Below are positions 24,811 to 37,898 of a DNA stretch of 64,000 nucleotides, piece by piece (positions within the stretch are counted from its first letter, which is position 1; every line of letters starts with the position of its first letter). This DNA comes from Callorhinchus milii (taxonomy: Eukaryota). The notes beneath the pieces are model-generated. The model did not search any database. It saw only the letters and a program-made list of their open reading frames with translations, and was not told where the DNA came from. A program made the position numbers and the translations under genes. The stretch covers positions 106,208,001-106,272,000 of the forward strand of contig NW_024704743.1 of NCBI RefSeq assembly GCF_018977255.1. Reading direction: 5' to 3'.

Positions 24811-27800
24811 CATTCTTTTATTATGTGTAAAGCTGCCATATTGCTTCCATCCCAAGCAGAGCTATAGCTGAATCATTTTATTAGAGATCATATTTCTAAA
24901 TATAACACTGGTGGAAGAAGTAAAACTCGGGGGCGACTTGCACAAATTCATTTTCTAAGAACTAGTCAACCTTTTGCACCAAGTCCTTCGGGCTTTGTTA
25001 AAGCAGAGCTAAAATCTAATCTTGCGTAGGAGGATACTTACTGGAATCTCTAAGCATCCACATTTAAGCCTATTTTATATTTTGAACTGCTGGTCAGAAG
25101 TAGCTGGGAGCAGATATTTTGTGCATCACTCCTCTTGCCCCAATATCATGTAGCTTATCTCTATTGGTGTTGGGAGTGAGGAATCCTAACCACAATCCAT
25201 GGCTTTCATTGCTATCGCAGTGAGGGAGCTTTACACAAAATGTTTGCCCCAGACTGGCTTCATCTGCAATTCTAAAGCATTAAACAATGTAATAAGGTGA
25301 CATTTTAAGATTATGTTACATTTCAGTAGACTACCTTCTGCTGTATTTTAAAAAAATATTCCCCTCTAATTTCCTTTCCTGAAGCACAGCAGTTTCCACT
25401 TGTCCCACAGATGACCCTCAATTGTCTGACTCTAGGGGCCGTTCATCATGTGTAAGACTAGGAAACCAACATCAGCATACTATCTGACCATGGCGGTGTA
25501 TCTCACCTGAGCTTGACCCTCTCCTGACCACGTGTCTATTTTCCAGCTGGGATCATTCCTGATTCCACCCCCACCCCCTCATTCACCTGGCTTACTCATC
25601 ACAGAGCAGGGAATGAACCTGGGATCCTGCACGTTGGTTTAGCTCAGTTACACAATGAATAGTATATTTATCACCAGAGCCATTAAGGAGCTCATATGTT
25701 TCTCCTTTTACGTGTAACTGGTCATTATGAACCGCTACAGGAGGGGGAGTGGGGGTAGGGGGCTTCCCTCCCTGAACTCTCTAAGTTTACAAGTGTTGGG
25801 GAAATGGGCTTGTGACAAATCCCAGGGCCACTTTCTGAAAGGTTTCATTTGGCAGAGATAGCAAAAATACACTCAGTCAGCGTATTGTTTCCTTTTAATC
25901 TATCTAGAGACAAATGTTGTTCCAGAACATGAACATAAGAAATTTTCACAGGGCAATACTATAAATTATTTGAAAATGAATACTGAAATGGAGTACTGAA
26001 TAATAAAATAAAGAAATGATACTTTCACACACACTTGTCAAGCTAAAACCACCACGCTAATCATCACGGGTTTGTTTTCCACAGTTGACGAGCAATCTAC
26101 ATCTCCAAAGTTTCATTCATAGTGCTGAACAGGCTGGGCAGCCAACAGCAAAGGAGTTTTAAACTCGGTGGCAGTGATGCTTTGGGATGTAAAGTTCATC
26201 TCCAGGTCACCTCATATACTTCACCCCACAATAACTAATGGGTATGCATAGAGTTCTCTGGAGAAGATGCACTTTATGGCCTGAGGTGTATTTCCAGTGG
26301 AAGGCAATAAAGAAATAATAATAATAACTTGCATTTGATATAACGCATTATCAAGTTTTCAAGACGTCTCAAATGATACCTTCACACATACTTGTCAAGC
26401 TAGGACCACTCATAGGGATTTGACTTGCACAGTTGCCAACGCATCTCCATCTCCAAAGTAGATGAAGTGCTTTTTAAACCTATTGCTTGGATTATCCTGG
26501 AATTTCCAGACTTTGTCAAGCATGCCTCTCCAGTAGGACCCCACTTACTTTCTGCTTACTACCTCCTCTTCCCCCCCCGCCAAAGAGGATACTCACCAGT
26601 TGGTCACTTGCCACCTGATCAATAAAAGAAAAAAAGTATTCTGTATTCTGTGGCAGCACTTTTGTCTGCATTGCATTGATAAATCTATTTTAATATTTTA
26701 CTCATATGTGTGGCTGCCTGCACGCAACCTTATTAACAGACATAACGTCACTTCTGAGAGTAAGTGCTATCATCACAGCACTTGCTAATATGCATCTCAA
26801 AGTGTCACATAGGTTTTGGAAACATACCAAGCCGCAGCACGTTATGCAACAGTCAAACGTGTCATATGATCATACATTGTGTAGCATGCAGAGTGCTAAC
26901 TGTTTTCAAAATTGCACTCTGCTTGGTCAAGAGAGACAAAAATTCACAAGTAAGAAGGTCAGCTTCAGTGTAAGTAACACTTTATCAGAGCGATATCCTT
27001 CCCTCTCAATGTGTGGTGTTATTTTGCGATTTGTTTTCAGATTCATGATCAGTCTAAAAATACTTAGGGTATTCCTGAGAGAGCTGTATACACTCCAGAA
27101 ACCAATGTTCCCTCCAAGAACCATTGTCACTCAATCCTGAATGCTGGACTCAACCCTTGCATTCCACATCATCAGGTATTTTAGGAACAGGTAAAGGTTA
27201 TTTGACTAGTTGAGCGCACTCCTCCTGCAGAACATTCAATGTCTCTACCTTCCACCTTCTTCCACCTTCCGCAATCCCATTTACCTGCCCTCTCAGTATA
27301 TCCTGTAACAATTCTGTTTTCTAAGGATCTCTCCATCTCCTTGTGCCCCTCCGTTGATTGTTCCAAAACCCTTCTGGTCCACCGAGTCTGTCATATAGGA
27401 ACACCTACCCAAGATGGAAGAATAACCGACAGACAATGAGTTCTGAAAGTGTGGTCAATTGTACAGTATTTCTCAATGGATTTCCTAATGAAGAAATCCA
27501 AATAGGGATCACTACTCTGGTCACTGGAAGAACGTCACTATGACTCGAGAGGGACCCAGCTCTGAATATAGGTTAAATTGGAGCGGCATTACTGCGAGTT
27601 GGCAGTCATAGACATCTGGATTTCTTAATTATAAAATCTATTAAGAAATACCATAAAACTGACCACAGTGTCACTTATTCACAAACAATGGATTAATTTT
27701 TTAGGATCGTATCTGGGAGCTCATAAAGAAAAGTGCTCAACACAATTGCTATGATCTGCCCTGGAATCGCCCTTCCTCACCCTAAATAGAGTGTTCCCTG

Positions 27801-29620
27801 CTGCATGAGTGTAACATTTTAATTTTTTTGCAAGACATGTCATTGTAGTCTCTCTGCATGAGAGCCCACTTAGCGTTAACCCACGGCCACTTTCCTGCTG
27901 TAGTCTTACATCCATTGGGATCTGGGATGATTCTGGCTGAACTTGTTTAACAATCAACTGAAATCTGAGAATGTGCCATCTGTCAGGGTTTGGAATTCTA
28001 ACTTATCTCCGAGATCAACGAATTGTCTTTAACTCATTGCCCTCCAACCCTCCTGATCCCAACTCCTAGCTCGGATCCAAGTACTGACTGTCCAGCGCCT
28101 TGGGATGTCCTCTCAATGTGAAAGGTGCTATACAAATATAATTTGTTGTTGTTCATTGTATAGCATTCCAAGACAATTTCCTGCTCTCCACAATAGATAT
28201 TAAGAATGTAACCCCTGTGCTTTACTTTGAAGAAAATAATTTCATGAGAAAAGAAAGTATTCTAAATGTAATTTCGATGGAAGGAAAATAATGAAAGTAA
28301 AACAAATAGGAAATTGATTGGGAACAAAAAAGGAAAGGAACAAAAGCAAGCAGAAATGATAGACATTTCCTTATCACTTTTTACCTCATAGTTTCTATAA
28401 TTGATATATTACGCTTAAACTATATATATTTACAAAATACACAAATGCACAAAGAAATTTCATGCTGTGTAAAATGTCATGGTGTGTAGAAAGATGCACA
28501 GATCTCAAGTTTCTTCACTATTTTCTAATACAACATGTTTAAAAGGATCTTGTGTTTTTTTACGGTCTATTGGGGACTTGTAGCAATAGAAGCTCTAATA
28601 TACCAAGAAGGTAAATGTATCTTTTAGCTATCGATTTGCACATCACACAGAAATTGTCTTTTAAAATTGGAAAGAGTTTTATTTTTTAAAAAGTGTTAAA
28701 TCTTTGGAATGTCCTTGGTATAAAGCGTATTAATTATCCTTTCAAAAGGTGCTGGAGAGATCTGGTTGTAAAGTTTAATCAAGTGTTGTGAACTGCCAAG
28801 CGATGTAAATGTAAGATGTTCTGCAACTTCTATATCTGAGCGTTGGTGCAGCCCACTAATCATTTATTTATATTCTCTGCATTCATCAAGTCGAGGGCTG
28901 GCAATACTTACAGATGGAACATTTTTCACTTAATTCCCATTAGCCAGAAATCCAGTGTTGGGTATTACATACACCTTGACTGTCATATTAACCCTTTGCC
29001 CTCACTAGGCAGCCATGGTCACCAGAGGAGAATTGTATTATCCTCATTCAAATTTCATTTGAGCGCTTCATTAGTGACTTATTATGGTTGCCAAGCAATA
29101 ACCTAGCAACCAGCGCTAGTGTTTGACTAGGTGCTAATTCAGAATGTATTATTTGGTGAATTTAATTCCCTCAGCAGATGAACAACATTGTAATGCTCTA
29201 CAGTGTGAATAGCAGCTGAGACCCAGGAATGGAGCACCTTATGCCAGACTGGATATAGGGTTACAGAGTTAGTGGTATCAAATGTAGTGGAACTCCTGTA
29301 GAGAGAGGAGTGAAGTAAAGGAATCCATTTCCTCAAGAGGTTTTGTGTTCACTTTAGAGGTGAAATTTGAGAACTAAAAAAAATATAGAAAATGCTGAAA
29401 ATGCTCAATCTGTCAACTAGCAACCGAAAGGGAAACAATACGTCAAAGAGGAAAGAAAATCTCAGAATATTCACTCTTAAAAGTTTTCTTACCTAATTGT
29501 CAAAGAAGAAAATACTTATGCTGAAAAATTGTTGCTTTTCTATATTTCCCAAGATTTGTCTTCTCAGCTGCTAGGTTGCTTTAGTAATATATATATTGCT
29601 TTAGTAATATATAATATATA

Positions 29621-30943
29621 TGGATTCTGGAACGATTCCCATTGATTGGAAGATTGCAAACATAACACCACTATTTAAGAAGGGTGGGAGAGAAAAGATG
29701 GGGAACCATAGACCAGTTAGTCTGACATCAGTGGTAGGGAAATTCCTGAGTCCTTAATTAAAGATGTCGTTATGGGATTCCTGGAAGACCATAACAAGAT
29801 TAGGCAGAATCAACATGGCTTTACAAAAGGGAAGTCATGCTTAACTAATCTTTTAGAGTTTTTTGAAGATGTATCTAGCAGGTTAGATAGGGGGGAACCA
29901 GTAGATGTAGTATATTTAGATTTTAAGAAGGCATTTGATAAAGTGCCACACAAAAGGCTATTGCACAAGGTTAAGGCCCACAGGATTAATGATCTAGACG
30001 AAGACATTGAATGTAATGTATCTAAATTCACGGATGACACTAAACTAGGTGCGAGAGTAAGCTCGGAGGATGATACAAAAAGATTGCAACAGGATATAGA
30101 TAGGCTAGGGGAATGGGCGAATAGGTGGCAGCTGGAATTTAATGTGGGGAAGTGTGAAGTTATTCACCTAGGTAGCAAAAATAGAAAAACAGATTATTGT
30201 CTAGAGGGGGAGAGATTAGATAGTGTTAGTGTTCAGAGGGATTTGGGTGTCCTTGTACATCAGTCTCAAAAAGTTAGTTTGCAGGTGCAGCAAGCAACTA
30301 AGAAGGCGAATGGCATGTTCATTGCAAAAGGTTTAGAGTACAAGAGTAGGGAAGTCTTGCTGCAACTGCCTTGGTGAGACTGCACCTAGAGTATTGTGTG
30401 CAGATTTGGTCTCCTTATTTAAAAAAGGACATACTTGCCCTGGAGGGGGTGCAGCGTAGATTCACTAGGTTGGTTCCTGGGATGAGTGGACTGACCTATG
30501 AGGATAGGCTGAATAAACTAGGGCTGTATTCTCTAGAGTACAGAAGAATTAGGGAAGATCTTATTGAAACATATAAGATTCTTAAAGGGCTGGATAAAGT
30601 AGACACTGAGGGTCTGTTTCCCCTGGTAGGAGAATCTATAACCAGGGGTCACAGTCTTAAAATTAAGGGTTAGCCTTTTAGAACAGAGTTGAGGAAACAT
30701 TTCTTCACTCAGAGGGTAGTGAATTTATGGAATTCACTACCCCACAAGGCTGTAGATGCTCAGTCCTTGAACATTTTCAAGGCTGAGACTGATAGATTTT
30801 TTAAAAAATAGAGGGATTAGGGGATAGGACGGTAATTAGAGTTAGGTTAGAAGATCAGCCATGATCTTATCGAACGGCGGGGCAGGCTCGAGAGGCCGAA
30901 TGGCCTACTCCTGCTCCTAATTCTTATGTTCTTATGTTCTTAT
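29621..30943 (+). mobile_element. CR1 LINE, 5'-truncated, with RT remnants
   Basis: QHGFTKGKSCLTNLLEFFE...VDVVYLDFKKAFDKVPH...KFTDDTKLG...VRLHLEYCVQIWSPY...TRGHSLK. 3' ggccgaatggcctactcctg and (TTCTTATG)n tail. Confidence 0.95.
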
Positions 30944-31172
30944 TACAGGAAGGAACCAGATATAGCTCCTTTCACAACAAGAACAACTTGTATTTATATA
31001 GTGCCCCTCACCCAGAATAGTGTCTCAGAGCACTGCAAAGTGGTAGGGATGGATGCCAAGCAAAGTAGGAGGGTGAGGGATAGATAACTATAGGCATGGT
31101 CAAAAGATAAATTTGTTTATACAGGTTGAATGAGGCTGGAATAGAGGATTCTCTCAAGTATTTTGTGAACCT

Positions 31173-31290
31173 TAATAATAATAATAATAATCCTTGCATT
31201 TGATATAGCGCTTTTCACTCTTCTAGACATCTCAAAGTGCTTCACAGAATACACTGTAAAGTGAATTGACTGTATATTTGTGGGCGAAAC
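31173..31290 (-). mobile_element. 3' fragment of young SINE
   Basis: (TAA)n followed by tccttgcatttgatatagcgc. Flanked by aacctt direct repeats. Confidence 0.8.
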
Positions 31291-32839
31291 CTTCTGGGCT
31301 AGCACCAAATATACCTCTTTCACATCCTGCACAGAGAACCTTGGTATACACAGATCCCTCCATAGTCCTTTGTGAGATATCTGAGCCCTATCAATGCACC
31401 TCCTCTCCTAAATAGGTTGTCTCCCTATTTATGTACAAGTTGGAAGCCATCCTTGGCTACAGCCATTGTCTCCTCACTTCCAGCACTGATCTCCTCAAAC
31501 CTCTGAAACTCCCTGACTCAATCACTCTTCCTCGCCTGTTCTTTATCTTTAAATCCTATCTAAAAGTCTACCTCTTCGACCGTGTCTACGATCACCTCCC
31601 ACTTTTCCTTTGCTCTGCGGCCAACCCTGCCATTGTATAGCACTCTGAGACGATATCCTGTGTGAAGGGTGTTATATAAATTCAAGTTGTTATGCTCACA
31701 TGTGCAACACTTTTCTTTCCATTCCTCCCTTGATGGGTGAAAGCCTCTACAAATTGTCACATCAGCTGCGTGTTTTCTGCCTCATGTCTTTTTATGAAGA
31801 CAGACTAAATGTGACTCAACATTTGGGGAGCTGCAAGAACTACAGAGTCCCGAACTAAAGACCACTTGCTTGGGCTTTATTTTGTGCATTTACCTGCCCT
31901 TTTCCCATACCATACCGCTGTAATTTACTCCTCTTTAGATATTTATTTAGTTTTGAAACCTAATGTGGATTCTGTCTCAATCACTTCTCCCAGCAGGATT
32001 CTTTCAACCTCCCCATCTGTGCATTTATAACCATCTTAAATTGATACCTTCTCGTCACTGAATTGCAGACCAGTTGAAGTAATTTCTACCTATTGGTTCT
32101 ATTAAAACCCTTGTAATCTTAAAGACCTTTATCAAATCACCCCTCAAACGTCTTTGGTCCAAACCCATTAAAATAAATAGAAAAAATGGAAATTAAAGCA
32201 TTAAAGGAAACACCTTAAAACCTTTATCTATAACTGCTTGTTATCCTCGAATTATTCTATTTTGTTTCTCTATTCTCTTTATAATTTCACCATTATTTTT
32301 ACTGTTCTCGATGTACTGTTCATCTATTGCCCTCTTTCTATATTTGTCCCTTCTCTATCTATCTTTGTAAGGTGTTGCTTTCTTCCAGCTTCTACTTTGA
32401 AAGTTGGAAGCAGCGTTTTTTAAAGTAATTTTTATTGGCTCACAACCAGCCCAACAAACCAAAGGGTAAGGATGGATTGTGCCAGGGGCTGGCTGATTGC
32501 AGTATTCACAAAAGGTATTAGTATATATCAGATCAGAAATTTCACATGGACCCTGCGTGCCCGGTGCCTCCATCGACCACGATCAATACTAGTTGACATC
32601 TGAGCAGAGTTCCAGACACTCATACAGGCTTCTGCAGGAATCCTAATTTGCAAAGCCTTTCGCAAATACTGAAACTAAACTCCAGAATTGTATCACGGAA
32701 GTGGCAGGATCAATCACTGATCAGGAATTTAAAAGGAAATTCAGGAATAGAAGCTATTCTGGGCCACAAATGTAAATAGATGACCATGGCTCCAGGGAAA
32801 CAGCCCACCCTGATGTAAATGTATGTTGACAGCACATTA

Positions 32840-33025
32840 AGATCATATACAAGAAATGTACAAATGAGAAGGCCCTTCAGCCCATTTGATCTCATCCTTC
32901 CAGAATACTAATTCTGCCGTTTTCCCATTAGAGCTTTCTTAAATTAGTTTTAAGTGCTTGGCCTCCACCACTCTTCCTGGTAAAATGTTTCAACTTTTGA
33001 TTACCCTCTGTGCAAAGAAATACTG
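32840..33025 (-). mobile_element. Old CR1 3'-end relic spanning the donor breakpoint of the duplication
   Basis: gaaggcccttcagccc...ccaccactcttcctggt...accctctgtgcaaagaa is the reverse complement of a CR1 3' end. It is intact here but cut at 4143 in the derived copy. Confidence 0.6.
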
Positions 33026-34650
33026 GACTTTGTGTCATCTGTGGGTTGATGTCCTACCGGCATTTACTGCATGGCAGGAAGACAGCATTAAAATTATCTC
33101 CAGGTGGGAAATCGCCCCATTTGGCTAGCTATGAAATATATTTTGTGAGTTTTTATTGCTGTATAACTTTCTGCAGTGAATTAATCGCAGCATTATGCAT
33201 TACCATTCAAGTGGATCAACAGCTAAATCAATAATTAAGGGGTAGAAGAATCAAATTCATACCATTAACAATTTGCATCACTTTTTAACAGAAAATATTC
33301 ATCTAATTAAAACCTGTTTTAACTAACATCCTTCCCTTCTGGATTGTTCCAAATCTGGCACATCAATTCATGAGAATGATGTGATTTTTGGAACTGCTGG
33401 CATTAACCGTTACTGTGTGTTCAGTTGGAGAGGAGTTTTAGGAGAAAAGCAATATAGAATTGTTAAAAACTACTCTAGCACATTATTTATACGTTATACT
33501 ATATGATAGACTGAGGTGGCACTTTCTGACTCAGGTTCAAATCCCAAGTTGGCACTTTGACATCCGTTCTAGGCTGACGCACCAATGCATTATAGAGGGG
33601 GAGGGGTGCTATATTATTGGCAGTCACATCTGTTCAGGCAGTCTTTAATGATCCCATTGGCAATCCATTATTGCTGTATATGCCATTATTGAGGCCTTTC
33701 CCTTCCCCATCCCCAACTCCCATCTTGAATGCTGTTTCCAGTTCTGATCATTTGCGAGACCAGGATTAAGAGAATATTGTCCTTGGGAAGCACAGATGAG
33801 CAAAGAAAATGATAGATAGTATTAAGGATTTATTATGAGGAAACATTATTGAAATTTGGCCAGTTTTTCTTGGAGTAAAAGCGACCTCAAGTTGACTTTA
33901 ATGCGACATTTGCATATTGTATATTGCAATTATACGCTTCCTGCTTCCAAAACCAAATAATCCCTTCAAAAATAATGATAATTTTACTCAATCCATCATT
34001 GTTTGTGGGACATTGCTGTTAGCAATTGGCTGCCGCGTTTTGCCTACAAAATATACAATTGTGGAGTCCTGTAGCTCAGTGGTTAGAGCACTCGCCTCAC
34101 AGACGAGAGACATGGGTTTAATTCCTGGCAAGGCGAAATGTTGGGCAAGTTTCCTCACTTCACACGCCTCTGGTTACCTGGTAGTAAGTAGTCGATTGGC
34201 GGATCACTTTTCTGAGGGTAATAATTCCTTTTAAAAATAATAATAAATTGGTCACCTAATCCACAACTGTTTGTGGGACCCTGCTGTGCACAGTTGGCTG
34301 CTGTGGTTCGCCCACAAAACATACAGTCAAGTCTGGAGTCCTGTAGCTCAGTGGTTAGAGCACTCACTTTGCAAGCAAGAGACCTGAGTTCAATTCCAGG
34401 CAGGGCGAAACCTTGGGCAAGTTTCCTTACTCCACACGCCCAATAATAATCCCTCCAAAACCCAAAATAATAATAAAAATTGGTCTTTTTCAATCTACGA
34501 CTGTTTGTGGGACAGTGCTGTGCGCAATTGGCTGCCGCGTTCGCCCACAAATATACAGTCAATTCACTTTACAGTGTGTTCTGTGAAGCGCTTTGGGACA
34601 TCCTCCCGACGTGAAAAGCGCTATATCAAATGCAAGGATTATTATTATTA
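32906..34650 (+). repeat. Donor copy of the 1.75-kb duplication
   Basis: Matches 4143-5887. Flanking elements continue across both ends here but not at the 4-kb copy. Confidence 0.95.
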
Positions 34651-34745
34651 CATCATTTACTTTACAGTATTTTCTGTGAAGCGCTTTGAGACTCTTCAAA
34701 GACACGATAAGGAGCTATAACAAATGCAAGGATTATTATTTTTAT
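34063..34745 (+). mobile_element. Long-variant SINE (34063-34329 + ~34652-34745) with a nested short-variant SINE (34336-34650)
   Basis: The outer body stops at catacagtca and resumes after the inner (TTA)n tail with tttactttacagtattttctgtgaagcgc. Confidence 0.85.
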
Positions 34746-35639
34746 TAAATGCAAATTGTTGTTGACTTGTTCTTTGATGAAAGTTCCATGTTCCTTATGA
34801 TTCTAAAAACATTTTTTGATGCTGCTCTTTGGATTTATGGTTACAGTCTAACAGTTTCCAGTGCAACCAATGAATCTTTTTNATACAAATCTTTTTATCA
34901 TTGACAATGAAAGTAGCACATGAAAATTCTGTGCGCTTGCGAGACTATGTTTGTGTTTGCTTTAGCAACCCAGGTTTGGACTGACTTTCTTCTACTGCTG
35001 AGATAAATTCAGCTGCTATAGTAACATGGCATAATGTATTTGCTATCTGGGATTCATTATCAGCCAGAAAACATATTATAGCTCTAAGCGAACAGATGGA
35101 CTCATTACCTATTTGTTTCTTGCAAAAGTACAGTACTATAGGTGGTTTGAACTAGCTTGTACTGCTATTACAGATGCCCATCGCAAAACAAAAATACAAA
35201 TTAAGGATATAAACTAAATTATAAAAAATAAATACTGCAATGAAATTTACAAACCTAATAAATAAAGACTATAACAGCAAATGTCAGCTTGGCTCAATTG
35301 GTAGCATCTGGGTCATATGATTGTGGGTTCACGCTCCAGACTGAGATTTCAAGTCATAATCTCGGCTGACAGTGCAATGCAGTCCTGAGGGTGTGACACA
35401 TTCTTGAAGGTGTCATCCCTTGGATGTGATGTTAAACTGAAATCCCGTCTGCCTGTTTAGGTGGAAGCTAAATATCCCCTTGGTCCTACTTTGAAGGACA
35501 GAGATATTCAATATCTTAATTCCTTATCCAAATTCAACAACAACAAGATTACATTTGCATAGCGCCTTTCACATCGGGAGGACGTCCCAAGGCGCTGGAT
35601 TGCTGTTTGTGGAGAACTACGGATGAGGTTTGGTCATAA

Positions 35640-36064
35640 TAATAATCTTTACACTTGGTACATCACATCAAGAGGACGTCTCAAAGCACATCACAGGACA
35701 TACTGTAAAATCAAGTGACTGTGTATTTTGTGGGGGAACACAACAACTAATTTGCGCACAGCTTTGTCCCACAAACAGCCATGAGGTGAATAACTAATTT
35801 TATTTGGGGTATTTTTGGCCAGCACACCGGATGAAACTCCCTTTCGTTTTTGAATCGGGCCATTGGATCTTTAATATCCACCTGCACAGACAAATGGAAC
35901 CTCAGTTTAACATCTAACCCAAAGTACAATACCCCCAACAATGCAGAAACCCCAGCATAGAAGTATCAGCCTAAACTTGTGAGTTCCAAGTCCAAACGTG
36001 GGGCTTCAACTGACAACCTTCTGATTCAGAGCCAATACCGCTACCAACTGAGACAGGCTGACAC
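35640..36064 (-). mobile_element. Older Deu-domain SINE, near full length (another head at 35282-35500, +)
   Basis: Reverse complement matches the 6593 family. Confidence 0.75.
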
Positions 36065-37572
36065 ACAGTATTACATTTGCTGACGTCAAAGCACTTCATC
36101 GTATGAAGTGTTTTGAGTTGTTAAGGCCGTGCTTCAAATGCATATATTTAATTGTAGCTTTCGATTTTGGAGGTAGAAATACGAGAGGGATTGTATTCCA
36201 GTAATGATTATACCCAGCACCGATGTTTCTCTTCAGCATTAAGAACAGGTTTCACATGAGTTAGAAAAAGGCTAAAAGCACCTTCCAGACTACATTACAT
36301 ATGAACTGTAAAGCTTACATCAAAAAAGCACCAGTGTTTAATTTCCATATAGCACACAAGCAATTCTTAATGCCAGTTTGAATGGTACTCAGTCCAGTGT
36401 CAAATCATCAAATTGTGTAGTACAGAATACTTGTACCATTAAAGGACCTGGATTGAAACTGGACGTATTCATTTCTCTTAGGATGCTCACAGTAGATAGT
36501 CATCCCATCAGGCTGAGCTAAATTTAGATATAAAGCCCAGAAGTAAAAGGAATGTATCCTGACCCGTTGTACCACTCAACTGGAATTAATGGGTACCTAA
36601 GAGTGTCTCATGGTTCAGGTATTTGTAAGGTTAATGAAAGTCATCAGCATTCTGAGATGTGTTGATGACTTGAATCCTATTCGTAGGTGTTTGCAGTTTG
36701 TAATTAATGTAGCATTAAAAACTTAATGAGAAGCTGTCAGGAAGAAAAGTGGATGGAGACGAGACGAGGATCGATATGACATGACAAATAGAAACTGTGT
36801 GTAAGTCACAACGAAGCTGACATTTTATTTGATTGTAGCTAATGCTTGACCTCGTGTTATGTATGTGAGCATGTGGGAGGCCCTCAAGTCACGAGCGCTG
36901 TGGGGGGCACGGAGAGTGCAAGTGGGTACTGAAGGGTGTGATCATGAGGAAACAACAATAGCAGTTCCTGACTGTAAATGCACATTCAGTCTAGTTCTGT
37001 GATACACGGCTCCATGTGAAATCTGAGGCAATCAATTTACCCTTTGAGAGCTGCAAGTGAGTTCACTCCTCTGGGCTCTGTTGGGTTCCTGGGTCTACTC
37101 ACTGGTACTGCACTAGTTAGGACACAGTTTCAAATGCCAGTAATTCTGTGAGGCAACCCTGTTCGTTTTAGCATATGAGCTTTGCATTGGATGGACAACC
37201 AGCTTCAAAACATCTATCAATACAATACAAATGCACCTTTGTATAGCACATTTCATGTCTGGAGAATGTCCCAAGGCACTTAACAATCCTGGCTTGGAAT
37301 CTGAGCTGCGGGTGGGAGTGAAACTGGTAGGGAGTGAAAAGTTGACTGAAAACGCAGTTAAAGAGAAAGGTCTTGACACGGTCATTGAAAGAGGTGAGGG
37401 AAGGAGTGAGTCAGAGGGACTCTGAGGTGGCGTTCCAGAGAGTGGGGGCAGATAGGCTGATACCCACTCAGTGGATGGTGGAGTGGGAATCAGCATTTTA
37501 TTAAAATGAACTTGGCCCCATCTCCAAAATGGATAGTGAATCATAAGGTATTTTTTTAAATTGTTAGCATAC

Positions 37573-37898
37573 GTCTCCTGTAGCTTAGTGATGAGAGCAT
37601 TCGCCTCACAAGCAAAAGGACCTGGGTTCCATTCCCAGGCAGGGCGCAATGTTGGGCAAGTTTCCTTACTCCACACACCTCTGTTTACCAAGCAGTAAGT
37701 AGGAACCGGATTGTTAGTCAATAGGCGGATCGTTTTTCTGGGGGTAATAATTCCTTCCAAAAATAAATAAATAATAATAATTTGGTCACTCAATCCGCAA
37801 AATATACAGTCAATTCACTTTCAGAATATTCTGTGAAGCGCTTTGAGATGTTTAGAAAATGTAATAAGGCGTTATATCAAAATGCAAGGGTTATTATC
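37573..37898 (+). mobile_element. tRNA-derived SINE, long variant
   Basis: cctgtagcttagtg head, ttgggcaagtttccttactccacac, and tail atgcaagggttattat. Confidence 0.85.

Noticed and set aside
34882..34882. Single N base near the end of the duplication donor
   Set aside because: It is an assembly ambiguity ~230 bp outside the duplicated block. It does not explain the duplication, whose copies differ by scattered substitutions and have distinct junctions.
37113..37793. Longest ORF in the window (226 aa, minus strand)
   Set aside because: It is a patchwork of antisense SINE and L2-tail sequence with no coherent domain.
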